A DNA stretch of 64,000 nucleotides, taken from positions 237,276,001 through 237,340,000 of the forward strand of contig CM097885.1 of assembly GCA_044892525.1 (NCBI GenBank). Direction: 5' to 3'. Shown piece after piece: positions 1 through 13,249 of this stretch (position 1 is its first letter; every line of letters starts with the position of its first letter). This stretch comes from Schmidtea polychroa. Lineage: Eukaryota. The position numbers and the translations under genes were made by a program. The notes under the pieces are model-generated. The model saw nothing but the letters and a program-made list of their open reading frames with translations, made no database searches and was not told the DNA's origin.

Positions 1-573
1 TAAGCTGTTCGCTGTGAATCTGAATAGTTCTCAAATGTTGTCTCGGTTCCTCGTAGCTTCTGTAAGTATTTGCTGTAGTTGGTAAAGTGTTGAAGTTAAC
101 TGTGATCTATAAAATTTTCTGAGTAAACGGTCTCTATAAAAATCTTACTTACCTATAAAATTTTCTGAGTAAACGGTAATCCTAATGATTTTGGTGCCGC
201 TTTATATAGTGATTTTTATTTTATGCGGACCAATCAAAATCGAGTACCGCTTATTTCTATTAATTTAATATAATTTTCTTGTTTTTAGGTTGTTTTTTCT
301 TATTTTCTTTATTTTTAATATGTTTTTCTATTTATTTCTTTAATTTCCTTATTATTTATTAAATTCTTCCTTATTTATTTGTCAACTTGTTGTTCTATTT
401 TAATCTTTTCTTAATTTTATTTTTTGTTTTAATTCTTGTGTCTTAATTATTATTTTTCTTATATCTTATTTTATTTTATCTTTAATTTCGTTTATTTTAT
501 TTTTATTTCCCTTAATGTTCTACTTTCTTACTTCCTTATTTTTTAACGATTAAGTTTTCGACTCAGCCCAACA
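1..573 (-). mobile_element. Partial LTR (U3/promoter end) of a related LTR family; runs off the window start
   Basis: Ends in ...actcagcccaaca (573), the same type of terminus as the main LTR family (...ttcagcccaaca). The minus strand shows ATTGG followed by TATATAAA (~200-235), with an AT-rich U3-like tract. Contains a 25-bp direct repeat ctataaaattttctgagtaaacggt. Confidence 0.6.
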
Positions 574-593
574 CGATGAAGAAATATACCGTC

Positions 594-1195
594 TGTTGGG
601 CTAGAAACTATAGAAATTAAAATAATTGGAAATTACTAAAACTTTTCTTTTCGGTAAATTAATTAAAAAATAAAATCCTGTATTAAGTAAAATTGAGAGA
701 ATCAACCAAGGGTAGAATAAGGAATAAAAGAGAATAAAATAATAAAATAGAATAACAATTAAAACAAAAACCACAAAAATGAGATAAATAATAAACAAAC
801 CACAAATAGGTAAAAATACAACCATAACTAACAAGCAAAAGAAAATAATTAAAAAGAATAAAAATAAATGTGAGGAGAACAAAAATAAATAAGAAAATGA
901 AAATCAATCACGAAAAAACAATAAAACATAAACAAAGAATAAAACGATAAATTACAAACAGAATTTCCAACAGAAATTAATAAAAATAAAGGAAAATATA
1001 TAAATTAAATTACTTAATAAATTAACAAAAGAAAATAAAACAAATAGCATAGAAAAGTTGTTAAAAAACGCAAAAATAAGAAAATATATTATTTAACACC
1101 CTAACTTAGTCCTGATTGGACGAAAATTACTATAAGAGAAACACTTGGTAAATGTTAAAAATTCTTTTACAGGTAAAAATTAATTTTGTAATGTT
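594..1195 (+). mobile_element. Partial LTR of another related family, interrupted at 1196 by a solo LTR and resuming at 2755
   Basis: Starts tgttgggctagaaac (main family starts tgttgggctgaaaac), then an A-rich U3 and ctgattgg...tataag at ~1112-1136. The motif atgttaaaaattctt occurs at ~1152 and again at 2761. The 3' end was not located. Confidence 0.55.
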
Positions 1196-2754
1196 TGTTG
1201 GTTACTTAGGGGTGTGTCCTTTTTACAATTTAAAATACGTTAGGGGTAATCATAGTCGTTCGACTCTTTCCTAAGCACCTCCATGACTATTGCAATTTAA
1301 ACCATTTGTGTACCCATGGCGACGACCATGTTGGTACTGTACACAAAGGCGAAAAACAATGAGCAGGTGAGCTCTATTGCTAAAACTACTCCCCATTGTA
1401 TTTTCTCTTCGGGTCCTAGACTGCCGATAGAAGGTCTTACGTCATTGATCATTTTCTATTTCTACTTTTCTATCTCATTCGGTTATGGTCCTCATTTCCA
1501 GTTTTCTATTGTTTCGTTTCAAAATTTTGTGCAGGGATGCGCCCTTATTTTCCAGCTAATAATTATTGTTCTACACTTCCTACAATATCTAAATTATCCT
1601 TTGAAAAATTTGAGCAGGAATTGGCCCTTATTTTCAAGTTAATCCACGCTTCCCATAATATTTAAGTTATACTTCAAAAAATTTGAGCAGGGATCTGCCT
1701 GTATTCTCAGTCCTAACCTACATTTGACCACAGTACTTCCAGCGATAGGACCCGTGAGGAAGCCCCCACATTCCGGCCCAATCCAGCTGCGCGATTGAAA
1801 AACCAGCATACCCACCAGTCTGAGCATCCCGAAGGTACCTCAAACCATGATATGCTGAATCTCAATTCAGCGGTACTAACGTTCGTAATCAGTTAGTATA
1901 AAAATTGAACACAATAAAAATTATTATTTAATACCTGCAACTAAATGAAATTAAACAATTAAAAGAAAATATCAAAAGAAAATTTAACTAAAAATTTTAT
2001 TGCATATTAAATTAAATCATCTCGTAAAATTACTACAACAATAAAAAATAAATTACCAAATCCACGTTGGCATAAAATCGAAAACTTCACTGTCTACAAC
2101 TAAATTTTGATGTTAGAGAAAAAAAAGGTTTTTTAAATGAATTTCTGATCAGTATTTATACTGATTTTGAATGCGTATGCATGCATTTGCTGCCACTCTA
2201 TCCAATCAGAGTGCGAGAAATTCTGAATTAGTCTTGCATACATGCATGAGTGTGTGCAATTGTTTATTTGTTTTAATTCAATAAATTTAATTAATTTCTT
2301 ATTTAATTTTTATTAATTTTAATTTTATAAATTTTATAATTTAAATAATTTGAGTTATATTACTTTTTATTAATTTAAACATTTTTATTCTTTAAATTTA
2401 ATAAGTTAAATAACCATTTAATTCTATAAACTTTACAATTTATATAATGCTAACTAATTTTATTATTTTTGATGATTTAATTTTTATATTGTTTAAATAA
2501 TTTTCAACTAATTCTATTTTATATTTTATTATTTTTCTATTTAAATTTTTAAGTGTTGAATTTTTTGTTAAATTTATTTATCTCTTATTCTATTATACGG
2601 GGTTTATTGGTTCTTAATGTGTGAAATTTATTTTATTTTATTTTAAACTATTTTAAATTAAACCTTGGTCATAAATTTTCCAACTTTGCGGTTTTTGTGT
2701 TAGGTATTTTCGATCGATTAAAACAAACTCTCAGTTCTCGGCTTCAGCCCAACA
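1196..2754 (-). mobile_element. Solo LTR of the main Gypsy-like family (variant subfamily)
   Basis: tgttggttacttagggg...ttcagcccaaca is the reverse complement of the LTR at 17202-18842 over most of its length. Flanked by the 4-bp TSD TGTT (1192-1195, 2755-2758). Confidence 0.92.
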
Positions 2755-4546
2755 TGTTAAATGTTAAAAATTCTTATACAGCTCAATACTACTCCAATAT
2801 CTATCATACCAAATTCAGTATCCAAACAGTATCGATTTAATCATTGTATTCATCAAACAGGAAATAAGTAAATTTTTTATTTCATTTTATTTTATTTTAT
2901 CACAAGTGAAAGTATAAAGAAAGGAGAAAAATATTATGCTATGAAACTATGATTTTTCATTTCTCTTCACGTACGGAGATCCAGCGACGGTACCGCTTGA
3001 GGTTTTGAATATGGACACAAAATCAGTGGGATAATGATGATGTTAGAATTAGTCTCATGAAAGTAATAACTCCAAATGGGAGTAGTAGGAAGTCGAGGCA
3101 GGATAGTAATCGCTGTCCAGAGACGTTGAAAGCTCCAGGGAGAAGGAAATAGAGTGATTGTAGATGCACGTCGAGTGTGCAATGATATTCAATAAAGGAG
3201 ATTCGGATAAAATGAACAACGAGGACTGTAGGTCAATAATGTAGAGAGTAGATAAAATTTTAGATATTTATTAATAATTTTGATTCATACACCTAATTTG
3301 ATTTTTATTAAATATTATGTATTCATATTCGTATCATACATAAATATGGGTTGACCTAGCTATTACGGTCGTCTGGGGATTGTTGGTACTTATGCTAGTA
3401 GTCGCCGGGTGAATCGTGGTAGATGGCGAGGCCAGAATTTCATTGATTTTCTTCTAACGATAACAAATTTTCAAGATAAAATGTGGGTATCATCGAGTGG
3501 TAGCATCGTTACTTTGTACGTTATTGGAGGATGGGTACTAAATCCATGGGTCTCAATTTCTATAGTTTTGATGGAGAGAAAATTCCACATCATAGACAGA
3601 TTAGAGAGCCTTTAGTTTTTTTGGTTTCGGACTCGAGATTGTCGACACGACTAAAATTTGATGATAGGAGAAAATTTTGATGATCTCACAGGGATTTTCC
3701 AATTTGAGATATCAAGTTTCTCTCAGGTCACTAGACAAATATCCGTCACAGTTAATTGTCAAGCTGTTCGTAAAGGCCATTTCTCGACAAATTACTTCAG
3801 ACGTTAGCTTCCCCGTAGTGCTAGGATATTTGATCTTCGAAAACATAAACAACCTCCATCACTCGATAAATCTGCCGATAAATAGATCTGAGGGTTTTCA
3901 GAAAATAACCTGACTAACATCACCTCTCACCAGTCACGATAGATTAACGAATTTTTAACGCACGAATTAAAGTCGATAAATAAACTTAATCCAGTGGAAT
4001 CACTACTTTCATAGTTACTATTATTTTCATTATTATTGTTACATTTTTATTCTAAAGATTATTATTCGAAAAATATTCGGCATAAGAATTATTGTTGTTT
4101 TATTATGATCATTTTCAATAACACTATCAGAAAAACATCATTAACATTAGAATAAACCTAAAATTATACTGTAATCCTTGCTAGAAGACAAAATGTGCTT
4201 TATGAACATATTTTCTCGAAAAAAAATAAATAAAGTGAGGTGTAAGATTGTTACTGTCATAAGCAAGCTCGTATTGTAACCATAGTTATTTATCGCCCCA
4301 TAAACTCAAGTAATACAATGTTCCTACTATGTAAATAATCTAATCCAACTTTTGATCAAATCGCACTCCTGTGAAATTAAAACAGAAACGTATAAACCCG
4401 TTCAATGTATGATAATATTAAATAAAATCAGCAGGTTTTAAGCAATTTATTCTAGAAGTAAAATCGAGCGATGTGAGTTGAAGTTGTCGTGTAATGTACT
4501 AGTGTAGTTTTTCCTACAGCTTATAACTACCTTATTAACTTTTAGC

Positions 4547-5884
4547 ATGTCTGAACCAAACTTGCCTCAACGCGGCCCGAAACCGTGCTTTTCGTGCACC
4601 GACAAAAATGCTGATATAAAGAAGCTGCATGGGCACATTAAGGTTCTGAAGAAGCGTACCGAGACGCTGGAACACACGTGGTCTTCCCCGTCACAGATGA
4701 AGGAGGAAAAATGAAGGTTCTGAGGCTAGAACATTGTCGGGAAGAAAGTCGATGTCAACGACTAACAATCAAAGCCCAATCTGAGGCGTTACATCAGGTC
4801 TATACTGAATCAGAGTTGAGGAAACTGGTAAGGGGAATACCCAGTAGTAGATGGAACGAACGTTTTCCCGCTACACCATCGTGCGGACGAACTCAATGCT
4901 TCATCTTCGTCAGGCTGCCTGGGGCACGGCCCAGAACTCCCTCCTATTGTCGCACCTATCCTGAATGGAACATCCAACGTCTTCCTGAACTTGCACTCAA
5001 CGAGTTGCTGCATGTCCCTCCAACAATTCGATCTGAGGACTCAATTAAAGTCAATCCGAAGAAAAGAAAGAGCCCATCTCGTGCCGAACGAACGCAGAAA
5101 CGGCATTAGAAGCTTCGCTATTTGCTGCTCAGGAAGCATGTGCCCAGATTCCCAATAAGAAGTCTAACTGTACAGCCAACTGCTTATCGAGTAGTTTCCT
5201 CCGCCACATCTGCTCTCCAAGAGAATACATGGCTACAGGTGGACATCGATGCCCTGTTGGCCGAAGGGGAAATGGCGTAATGAACCAAGACCACGATGAA
5301 ACGGCAACCATATTTCTTATTCGTCTCATCATCTTTTGTGTAATATAATAAGTGACCATCGACATGCAACTTCAGTGTGATTTCATGATTTAATAAAATG
5401 TTGCTTGTATAATAGAATTTGTTCGAAGAATTTCATGCTTATATCTGTATACTCGAATTTGTATGATGAGGATTTGTGTAATTAAATTGGGGTATCGGTA
5501 GTTAAGAGCTAGCGTCGTCTCATTGGACTGGAAATGTACCAGATCAGCGAGTAAAAGAGAGAGAGGTAAGTCCTTTTATCGGCACTCAGGAACCCGTACT
5601 GTGAATATTGCGAGTAGTCCTAACGCAGGGGCTTACCTACTCGTAAGTTCCGATCTGCGTGCGCATTACCAACATGATCCATCATCATGGGCACACGTAA
5701 GGGAGATCAATGGCAAGTCATGAGAAACACTTATGGGAAGTTGACCGGCTCTAAACTCGTAAACGATGCAAGGAATGCTTTAAAAATTTGTGCAAGAAAA
5801 AAGGCAGAGATTATGCCACTAACAAAACTACAAGAGTTAGGACGTATTGTTGGCTATACAAGGGTCAGCCAGCACTTTGCGTGA
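4547..5884 (+). pseudogene. Degenerate coding remnant, possibly derived from a DNA transposon
   Basis: GC-elevated block of broken frames. MSEPNLPQRGPKPCFSC (CxxC then coiled-coil-like) is followed by ALHQVYTESELRKLVRGIPSSRWNE, which is reminiscent of P-element/THAP9-type transposase N-termini. Many stops and frameshifts, no catalytic motif seen. Confidence 0.3.
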
Positions 5885-6754
5885 AATGTTTTAACAAATT
5901 ACACCAAAAAAAATAAATAATGAAGCTATAAATAAAGTAATATTGAATTTTTATGTTAATTTTATGGAATTTGAGTTATATTTATAATACCGAATTTTAT
6001 GTTTATGTTATTGAACAAAAGTTATGTTTATAATACGTTATTAATTATAATTGTAATTAAAATAAATATTTTTGAATATATATATAGTGCGGGCCACCGA
6101 TGATTCGCAGCGGCGTGAACGCGTTTAGTGGAAAACTTTAAAAAATTGGCATATAGTACATCATTATTTTTATGGCGCTTAATGTGTCAAGGGTGGATGA
6201 TAATAAAGCTGAAACAATAGTAGGAAGTAAATATTATGAAAATAATAATTTATAATGTGAAAATAAGTCTAACAAATTTTGGACAATTTTGACAAAGTTA
6301 GCTGACGTTAGCTAATAAACCCATTTGTTGGTTGGTGCTATTTTCATAAAGATAAAGAAAAACTCTTAGACTCTTAGATAAAGGTCACTCTCGTTTAAGT
6401 AATTAACTGGTATCATCCTATAAACTCTATAAGTTGAAAACCCTTTATTTTTACGGGATTTTTCGGGACAATAACTTGCAATGGTGGAGTTCCAAAATAA
6501 AAATGTTAAGTTTTGAAACGGTGATTATAGTAAATAAGACTTTCCTTATAGTAAGACAGGTATATAAACATTAAATTTAAGCACAATCGTAATTTATGAA
6601 ATTGAAATTCACCCAACATCAAATTAGAAAACAAAACAGCCTACAATAAAAATTTAATGGGTCATAAAACAAAACTTCCGGACATCATCAGTGTCATATT
6701 GAAAACCCTCTTTTTTAAAATAGTAATTCATTTCTCTGATCGGGTATTACCTTC

Positions 6755-7000
6755 TGGGCATTTTCCGAGTATGAATGATATCATGAAACACAAATAAATT
6801 ATCTACTAGGCAGTTTCCCATTTCGAATGATAACATAAAATAGAAATAAATTATCTACTCGGCTGTTTCATTTTGAATGATAGCATAAAACATAAAAAAT
6901 CGGCATTTTCTTAGTTTGAATATTATCATAGTATACAGATATATTATCTTTCGGCTATTTCTAATTTTGAATTATAATATAAAACAAAAGTAGATTATTT
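6755..7000. repeat. Degenerate ~50-bp tandem repeat, about 5 copies
   Basis: Recurring ggc-ttt-c...tgaatgata-cataaaa-a-aaataaattatct motif. Confidence 0.6.
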
Positions 7001-8649
7001 CATAGTAGACAACACATTATTCCTTATTGCTGGATAGTAAATTTTATTACCTTATTAAAGTTTTACTTATTTATTATTAGCTACTACTTGTGACAATGAC
7101 CCGTTGTCCGATTTGGTTCAAACAATTTTTATTAATACTGAAACTGCTGTTATCAAGATCTGATCAATCTGACGAGCGCTTCAACTAAAAGAAACACATT
7201 TCAAACAAAAGCGCACATGTAAATCACCATTCTGAAGCAATCTCCGAAAAAAGACTAGATATATTCAGATGGATGCATCGTCGAACTGGAGAAATTCAAA
7301 TGGAAATTCTTCTATCTCCTACAAATTCTAGTGGTTTTCGGTTGATTTGGAGACAAGGTGTAATTACAGATTGATTCAACCTTCTCTACGATACCAAGCC
7401 TGTCATTTATGATTTCGAAGAATGGGCCGGTAGTTAAACTATGGCTGATAGGATTGTGTATTTGCAATTGTGAGCCCATGATCTCTTTTATGTGATTTTT
7501 ATAACCGGTTTTCTATCCTTATTAACACCTTGGTGTTGAAAAGTTGGATTACAATGTTCAATGATTCACATAGTATGTTAATTATAACGGTATTTTTAAT
7601 TTAATTTTTCTTTTTATTCACAGAGCCTGTCCTAAGGTAGTGTTATTCCCATTCGTATAATTGGTATAACTTTGATGTGTCATTAAAAATATGTCTCGTC
7701 TTTATTTTGTTTCAATTTTATAATTTGTGATTTAGTGACGTCAAATGTGTATGTGTTCTATGGTTAGCGCAATCCTTGTGGTCGATACCTGAAGTAGTTT
7801 AGTTGGAATGGAAACTAATTTTTTCAATATGTGCGGGGCAGTTTAAAGGTCATTTGTTGTTAATTCGGTAGACTCGTATATGTATGTGCTAATGTAGAGG
7901 TAGGAATGCCTTAAAGAGGCGGCTTTCGGTGTGTGCTCGCGTCACGATATATGTAAGTCGTTCAACTATGTGACACAACATGCAGGATAATTTTAAAAGC
8001 AAGATTTTGGTGTAGTGACAAGCTTTAAGTTCGGTTGCGGCACCTATTCTCTTGATTGCATCGCTTTAAAGTTCAACTTACTACAGCCAAGTGGGAAAGG
8101 GTCGAGCATTTAAAATATTACATGACTCAAAATTCGGAATAATTAAGTCAAATAATCGATTGAAACTACAATATAGCTTACAAACTAGTCATATATTACA
8201 CGAGTCATCAAAACAAATGTGTAGTTCGAATACGAGACAATAATTTATGTAATAATAGTGATTAAAGAATTAAAATTGTAATACTTTTGTATTTTTGTCT
8301 ACTTTGTCACTTTATTGTATCACTCTTGTATTTTATAAGTGATTATATGTGGATGGCTAAGTGGTCATGCGGTTGTACATATAAAAATAATTACCACTAT
8401 TAACACAATAGTAAGCTAATTATTAACTTACAATAGAGATCAGAATCAAGCTTTAAAAAATCAATAACTAAATGACAAGACGCTGATGAATGAACTTAAA
8501 TATTTACTTGAGTTATTAATACCTAAAAACTGTGTTTATTTTGTTCTTTATTAACATTTCGTTTATAATAAAAACTGTTATTTCTTCGTTATTGTTTTGT
8601 ATTTATCATATCAAGTCAAGGTTATACTTGTAGAATAGGGATTTCCCTA

Positions 8650-9209
8650 TAAAATAAGTACGTTTTGTCCTTGTTGTGATTGATAGATTTAGTTAAGAAT
8701 TAGTGTTAAAGATGTAGGTGAACAAAGAAAAGTTTGGTATATTTTACAATTTTTTTCGGTAAAGGTGAAAACGCAAGCCAGGCGGCTGAAATTGGAAATG
8801 GCGTTTATGGTCCCAATACTATAACCCAAACAAGTATTGACATCCCGGAAAGTGGGGTTAGAAGGGAATCATTTATTATGAGCTGCTACCAATGCCCAAA
8901 CACTCAATTTGGATCTCTAATGCCAGTAATTGGACCGATTGAAAGAAGCAATGACCCGTCAGAAGATCATGGAGCTTGATTTGGAAGTTCTTATGCATCC
9001 ACCTTAAAGTCGGGACCTGTCTAACGCACTTAGTAGAGTGAAATTGGCCTCAAGAAAGGCTTGTGAAAGGACTAGTCGTTTATGGAAAATGGTATAATGA
9101 AGTTACCTCCTAAGTGGAAACATAATTTAGTCAAAGTGAATGACTGTAACCATATTAAATAAAGCTTCCAAAGTAACATAAAAATGAATTTCTTTTTCCC
9201 GACCTAATA
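8650..9209 (+). mobile_element. Mariner (Tc1/mariner) relic, internally deleted
   Basis: Fragments translate as ILQFFFGKGENASQAAEIGNGVYGPNTIT, GIIYYELL, LDRLKEA and EVLMHPP*SRDL (the mariner HPPYSPDL motif). The 3' end tttcccgacctaa followed by TA looks like a mariner TIR. The left end is approximate. Confidence 0.85.
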
Positions 9210-10677
9210 ATATAAACAAATAATGAGTGAATGGTAATTATAAATGGTTAAACACATAAATGTTTCCAATATCGGTTCATGAGAATTAACCGAAAATAAA
9301 TCCACTTCTTGATGTACATTTTTATAAAAAATATTTAATTTTTGTTTCGATTGCAATTTGAATTTATTATTCACAATTTATTATTAAATTTTGAAAATTC
9401 CAATTGACCAATTGCAATGTTTTAGTTTGTAGGACCAATTCTACAGAATTTTATAGAACTTTGTATTTTTGAATATTTTTAGAACTGGAAACGCATTTTA
9501 GTATTGTTTTAATTAATTTGAATAAAGAAATTTGAAAATTAAGATAGCATCTAAAAGTTGAAACAATTTCTATTGATCAATTAGGGTGTCAGTTAAGTTA
9601 AATCTTTACTATTTCCTAATAAATCCAATAGATTTTAAAATAAGATAAGTTCAGTGACATTAGCTCTCATATATAGGTGACAGTTTATATATCGTGTGGC
9701 AAAAAACATGTTTAAAGAACATATTTTAATAAAACTTTGTTTTATAAAAAATATTTACAATTACAAATGACTATGCCTGCATATCATAATCAGTTTTTTC
9801 AGTACAATAATTTCATTATTTTATATATCTTTATATTATATATCCTTTCAACCTTAATTATCGATCGTTAATTCGAATAAGAATGCCGAAATAAGCTGTG
9901 GAATATAAGTATATATCAACTAAACTTTATTTAAAATTTTGAATTTAAAGCACCAGAGAAAAAGAATTTATAAATATTATCTATAAAATAATAATAAGAA
10001 ACCTTTAAAATTTGTGGTGAAATTTTTATTAGTCCAGTCATCTAAATATAACTAAATTATCAAGGGTTAGATTAACTAGTGAATAATGATTTAACTAACA
10101 AGTCCTTCTTTATTGATAAAATAAAAATATTCACGAAATCCATTAATAACCTGGCCTTGTATGTATTTGAAATTAGTAAAGTTACCATTTTTACTCAACA
10201 TTAAACATTAATAATAAAACAAATTAGATATTTTCAAAGTTGTAGAATTAATAATTTAATTCAAAATTAGTAATTTATTTCAAAATTAAAGCATTAATGA
10301 GCAAATAAAAAGTAAACATTCAAAACTGAATTAATAATTTTTATCGAACAATATTACGTGGAACTTAATTAGGTTCAACAGTGGGTTTATCATTTTCCTG
10401 GAAAACCCATGTGGTACGGAATGCGTATATATAAAAGGAATGTGTACAAAAGACAAATGAAATAAAGTACAGGTTTTAATTTATTGATTGGAAAAATCTA
10501 ACATAAAATTGAATCACTGCGAATATGTTGACTTTGTGGTTTAATTTACCGGTTACGGCAAGGGATAAATTCATTTCACGACCTCGAAAATTCCGCTTTA
10601 CATTTCCATGTCATAGTATATTATAAAGTTCTTACCACTTCCATTAAAAAACATAAATAATAAGGCTTTAAAAAAAG

Positions 10678-12640
10678 ATGGCAAGTCCAACACGCTAGTA
10701 TTTCTGTTTGAAACATGCACCCAGATGTAACTAAAGCAATTTTGTATGAAAAATTCCAAACCCATGGTATTGTTTTATCTTTTTGTGTATGTCGTGATAT
10801 AGTCACTAGAAAATCTTTGGGTTATGCTTACGTAAACTATCAAGTTAGCACAGAAACAAAAATTGCATTGGATAATTTTTAACATTTGAGATATTCATGG
10901 TAGTGTTTGTAGAATTATGTGGTCCCAAAGAAATCTGGCAGATAGAAGATAACGAATCAGAAATATTTTCATTAAAAATTTTGATCAATAAATTAATGAC
11001 ACATTTGCTAATTTTGGAGAAATATTATCTTGTAAAGTTCTGTTGAGGTCAGTAAATTAGAACAAATTTTTAAAAAAAATGTAGGATGAATAAAAAAAAG
11101 ACAAATAAAAGCGTGGTAATGCACAGAATTGATAGTAACGGAAAGTATGATGTAAACAGTATTAGGAAATGACAAAATCAGTTAAAAAATCAAAAATCCG
11201 GAAATCCGAAAAGATGATTAAATTGTAAATTTATTGAAATTGAATCGGTAAAACGGGATAGGTATATATTAGCTAATGATCAACAAGATGGTGATTAGGG
11301 ATTTATCAGAAAATGGTTAGAAAGGGTCTAAAAGCATTCGTATGTGTTAAAACAGAAAATCGTTAATTAATTAATTAATTGGCTTTTAGAAAACCCGAGT
11401 TAATAGGAAACCCGAGCCAATAGAGAACCCGAGAGATGAAGGAAACCCGTGCTCGATTAACATGGAAAGTAAACAAAATGAGAATCTCGGAAGGCCATTA
11501 TCATGACAGCATGATTAATGGAGACAAACAAAGTTTAGGGCACTACGAAGGATTAACAAAGGGAGGCAATTAATCACGATATGGTTCAAACAACTTTCGA
11601 GGAACCAGTTGTCAAACTATTGTCAAATAGGAGCAATTCGGTCAAAAACCAATTAATTAAAGTGATTATTCTAGTAAAAAAGCAAAGTCAAAATTCAAAA
11701 TAATCGAAATTTTGCCACAGCTAGGGACAAGAAGAAATCGATCTTAGGGTAATCAGGAAGTTAAGGAAACGAATGGATATAATTTGGAAATATTTGAGAC
11801 ATGAGAAGGAAATAGAATTGGAAGCTGACCAGATCAAATAGAAAAAGTTCGATTAAAAGATGAATATTCATAAAGATTTTGACGAAGCATCAGCGCCGAT
11901 AGGAGAACCGATTAAACTGGTAAAATTCTGTCGTTGATTGTATCGTTTGATTGTGAGAGATTTGTGATTCAAATACACGTTGGATAGTTTATTGTTTTGT
12001 TTTTTACGATTAAAAGGACACGTGGGTCATAAGTTACTGACTTGAATTAATTAAACCCAACAGTTCAAACTGATGAAAATGGTGTTTTCAAAGGATTTGT
12101 GGTGGTTTGTCATCGTAGGTTCGGTTGAATCAATGCCATCGTGAGTTAGAATTTCGATTTTGTTTTCTAGTGATACATTATAAAGCTCAGCTCCATTAGA
12201 TCCATTCTTATTAGATATATCATAAAATATTTTAGAAGTATCATTATTTTCGGTTGTCATATAATTCTCTTCAAAGAACAACAAAGGTAAGTAAATAATG
12301 AAATCACTATGTTCAATAATCGTTGATCTTTTCCAATAGTTAAAATCTTCATATTCCAAATTTCGTTTAGACATTTTTCATGAATTGCAAGTCGTTTTCC
12401 GTAATTTTTAATATTAGAAGAAAACTTTTAAAATGTTTATTATTTTAAATTTACGTTGGTCGTGCGATGAAGAAGGATGAATGCCAAAGGGAATTACGTG
12501 CTAGGTATGGAAAATTAGACAATAAAGATTACAACAAAGTTAACCTTTATATTAAAAACCTTGTGAATGAAATGAACGATGAGTGATTAAGAAATGAGTT
12601 TGCAGTGTTTGGAAATATTGCAAGTGCTAAAGTTATGCTA
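10678..12640 (+). pseudogene. PABPC1: Cytoplasmic poly(A)-binding protein pseudogene, fragmented
   Basis: Manual translation gives MHPDVTKAILYEKF...CRDIVTRKSLGYAYVNY (RRM1), CRIMWSQRN, NIFIKNFD..DTFANFGEILSCKV|QTDENG (RRM2), IYVGRAMKK..RELR and VNLYIKNL..DE*LRNEFAVFGNIASAKVM (RRM3/4). It has in-frame stops, frameshifts, deletions and two insertions. Confidence 0.92.
11041..12062 (+). mobile_element. Solo LTR (second family) inserted in the PABP pseudogene
   Basis: tgttg...caaca termini, 1022 bp, 4-bp TSD GTTC (11037-11040, 12063-12066). The PABP frame SCKV/QTDENG rejoins across it. Internal aacccgag repeats. Confidence 0.9.
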
Positions 12641-13249
12641 ATTAAGGAAAACAATACATTTGATTAAACAAAGACTGAAAATTAAATCAGAAAAAGCCAA
12701 CTCAATTTACAGAAAAAAAACTGAATACCAAATTTGAAACTTATTAAGAAGTATCCATATAAATTTACCGAAAAAGCATAGGAATTCCCGAGACAGAGAT
12801 CAAAATAAATCTTATGTTTTTTAAGTTTTATGCTATGTAAGTTGAACTTTTTAGTTCATTCTTTTATATGACAATTGAATTTACGAACACAGTTGAAAGT
12901 GTTGACAAGCTAGGACGAACGCAGAGATAAAGTGTTTACCACTTGTAATACACCAAAAAGAAGATTGTATATAATAAACAGATTCCATTTGTTTTTAATA
13001 TAAAACGTAGAATTTTGAAAATTTTAGATATATAAATTTCCACCACTCCTTTTTGTTAGTGTTGTTTTTAATTTAAATATATAATTTACAAGTCAATTTC
13101 CAATTTAAAATGAGTTCAATTGTTAAATTTGCCCATTGTTTTAATATTTATAATTTAGTTTTCATAGTTTTCGAAACTAGATTTCACAACTTGTCTGAAG
13201 ATATTTAATAAGTTTATTAATAAATATTTAATATTTCAATTCGGTGAAT

